64,000 nt of DNA, taken from contig NC_085843.1 of NCBI RefSeq assembly GCF_035594765.1, positions 119,885,971 to 119,949,970 on the forward strand. Reading direction: 5' to 3'. A model generated the notes under the pieces. The model made no database searches. It saw only the letters and a list, made by a program, of their open reading frames with translations, and was not told the DNA's origin. The translations under genes were made by a program, and so were the position numbers. The DNA is from Anolis carolinensis (taxonomy: Eukaryota). Positions 63,131 to 64,000 of the stretch are shown here, in pieces; the first letter of the stretch is position 1, and each line of letters starts with the position of its first letter.

Positions 63131-64000
63131 ATTTACTAACAAATAAAATTTAAAAATTAAAAGATAAAGAGGAAGGAGGTTTGCAGACCTTTTTTTGTTC
63201 TCACGGCCCATAGGTTGGTAACCACTGGTGTAGAGAGAGAGTGGCTTTGGGGCTATTAGGATAATGCATGGATGTCAACATTTATCATTACACTATGAAC
63301 TCTTTGTTTCCTCTTGTTATTTGTTGTCAAGCCATCTTTGATTTAATGCAACCCTGTGCATTAAAAAAAAGACATTCCAGAGACCCTGCTATTAATAATC
63401 CCACCCAGGTCATCTAAACCTAGGTTTCTGGCTTCTTTGATTGAGTTTATAGATCTTCTTTTTCAACTGCTTTTAACTTCACTAAGTATTATCATTTTTT
63501 TAAGTGAGTCATGTCATCTCATGATTTTTTCCAAGTGTGATAGCCCAAGTATGGGAAGGCAGTGTTAAGAGAATATGTGGAGCTACAACAACAGGATCAT
63601 GAATAAGTGAATTACATGAATGGAGAGAAGTGCAATGATGAGGACACCACTGCCAGTTTGTATTGGTGATCACACAACTACCATGGAATAGTGGCTTGTG
63701 CAATAAAGTCTAATGTTTTCATTGTTGGCTTCTAGGGATAGTTCATATTTGATTGGATAAAAATAAATACAATAATATATTTATTATAATATTATTATAT
63801 AAATTCCATTAAGTTCAATGTGGTTTATTTTTAGATAAGTAGGAATAGGATTAACTGTCATAGGGTAGCATATTGTGTTGAAAGGCAACTTTCACCATAC
63901 CAAAACAAGCATGGACAGTCTGCTGGAAATTGTTTATGGAGAGGGCAAAGAATGTGTAGATAAAATGAATTCTCAGATAAGAACTGTATTGTGTGCAAAG

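Overview
Vertebrate, AT-rich, non-coding genomic DNA with four assembly gaps. The repeat content (Sauria SINEs, Penelope, L2, CR1, L1 and RTE fragments, Helitrons, hAT/mariner/Harbinger MITEs) points to a squamate, most likely an Anolis lizard (inference). I could not recognise any host protein-coding exon. The only recognisable protein sequences come from transposons: a Penelope GIY-YIG endonuclease, and L2 and L1 ORF2 remnants. Two CpG-rich regions (~1-4.2 kb and ~57.5-59.5 kb) and several repeat-free, motif-dense blocks suggest a regulatory landscape (intron or gene desert). Highlights: (1) six Penelope terminal-repeat copies with minimal hammerhead ribozyme motifs, two with intact cores; (2) a 3.1-kb Helitron with a second Helitron nested inside, plus captured SINE, Penelope and MITE pieces; (3) two unrelated LTRs that both open with an acidic reading frame ending in an HMGN-like RRSAR[LI]A motif; (4) a hAT element that amplified a captured CR1 3' end; (5) two near-perfect hairpins not explained by repeats; (6) an unidentified CpG-retaining ~0.9-kb insert. 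Family names come from motif recognition only, not database searches.
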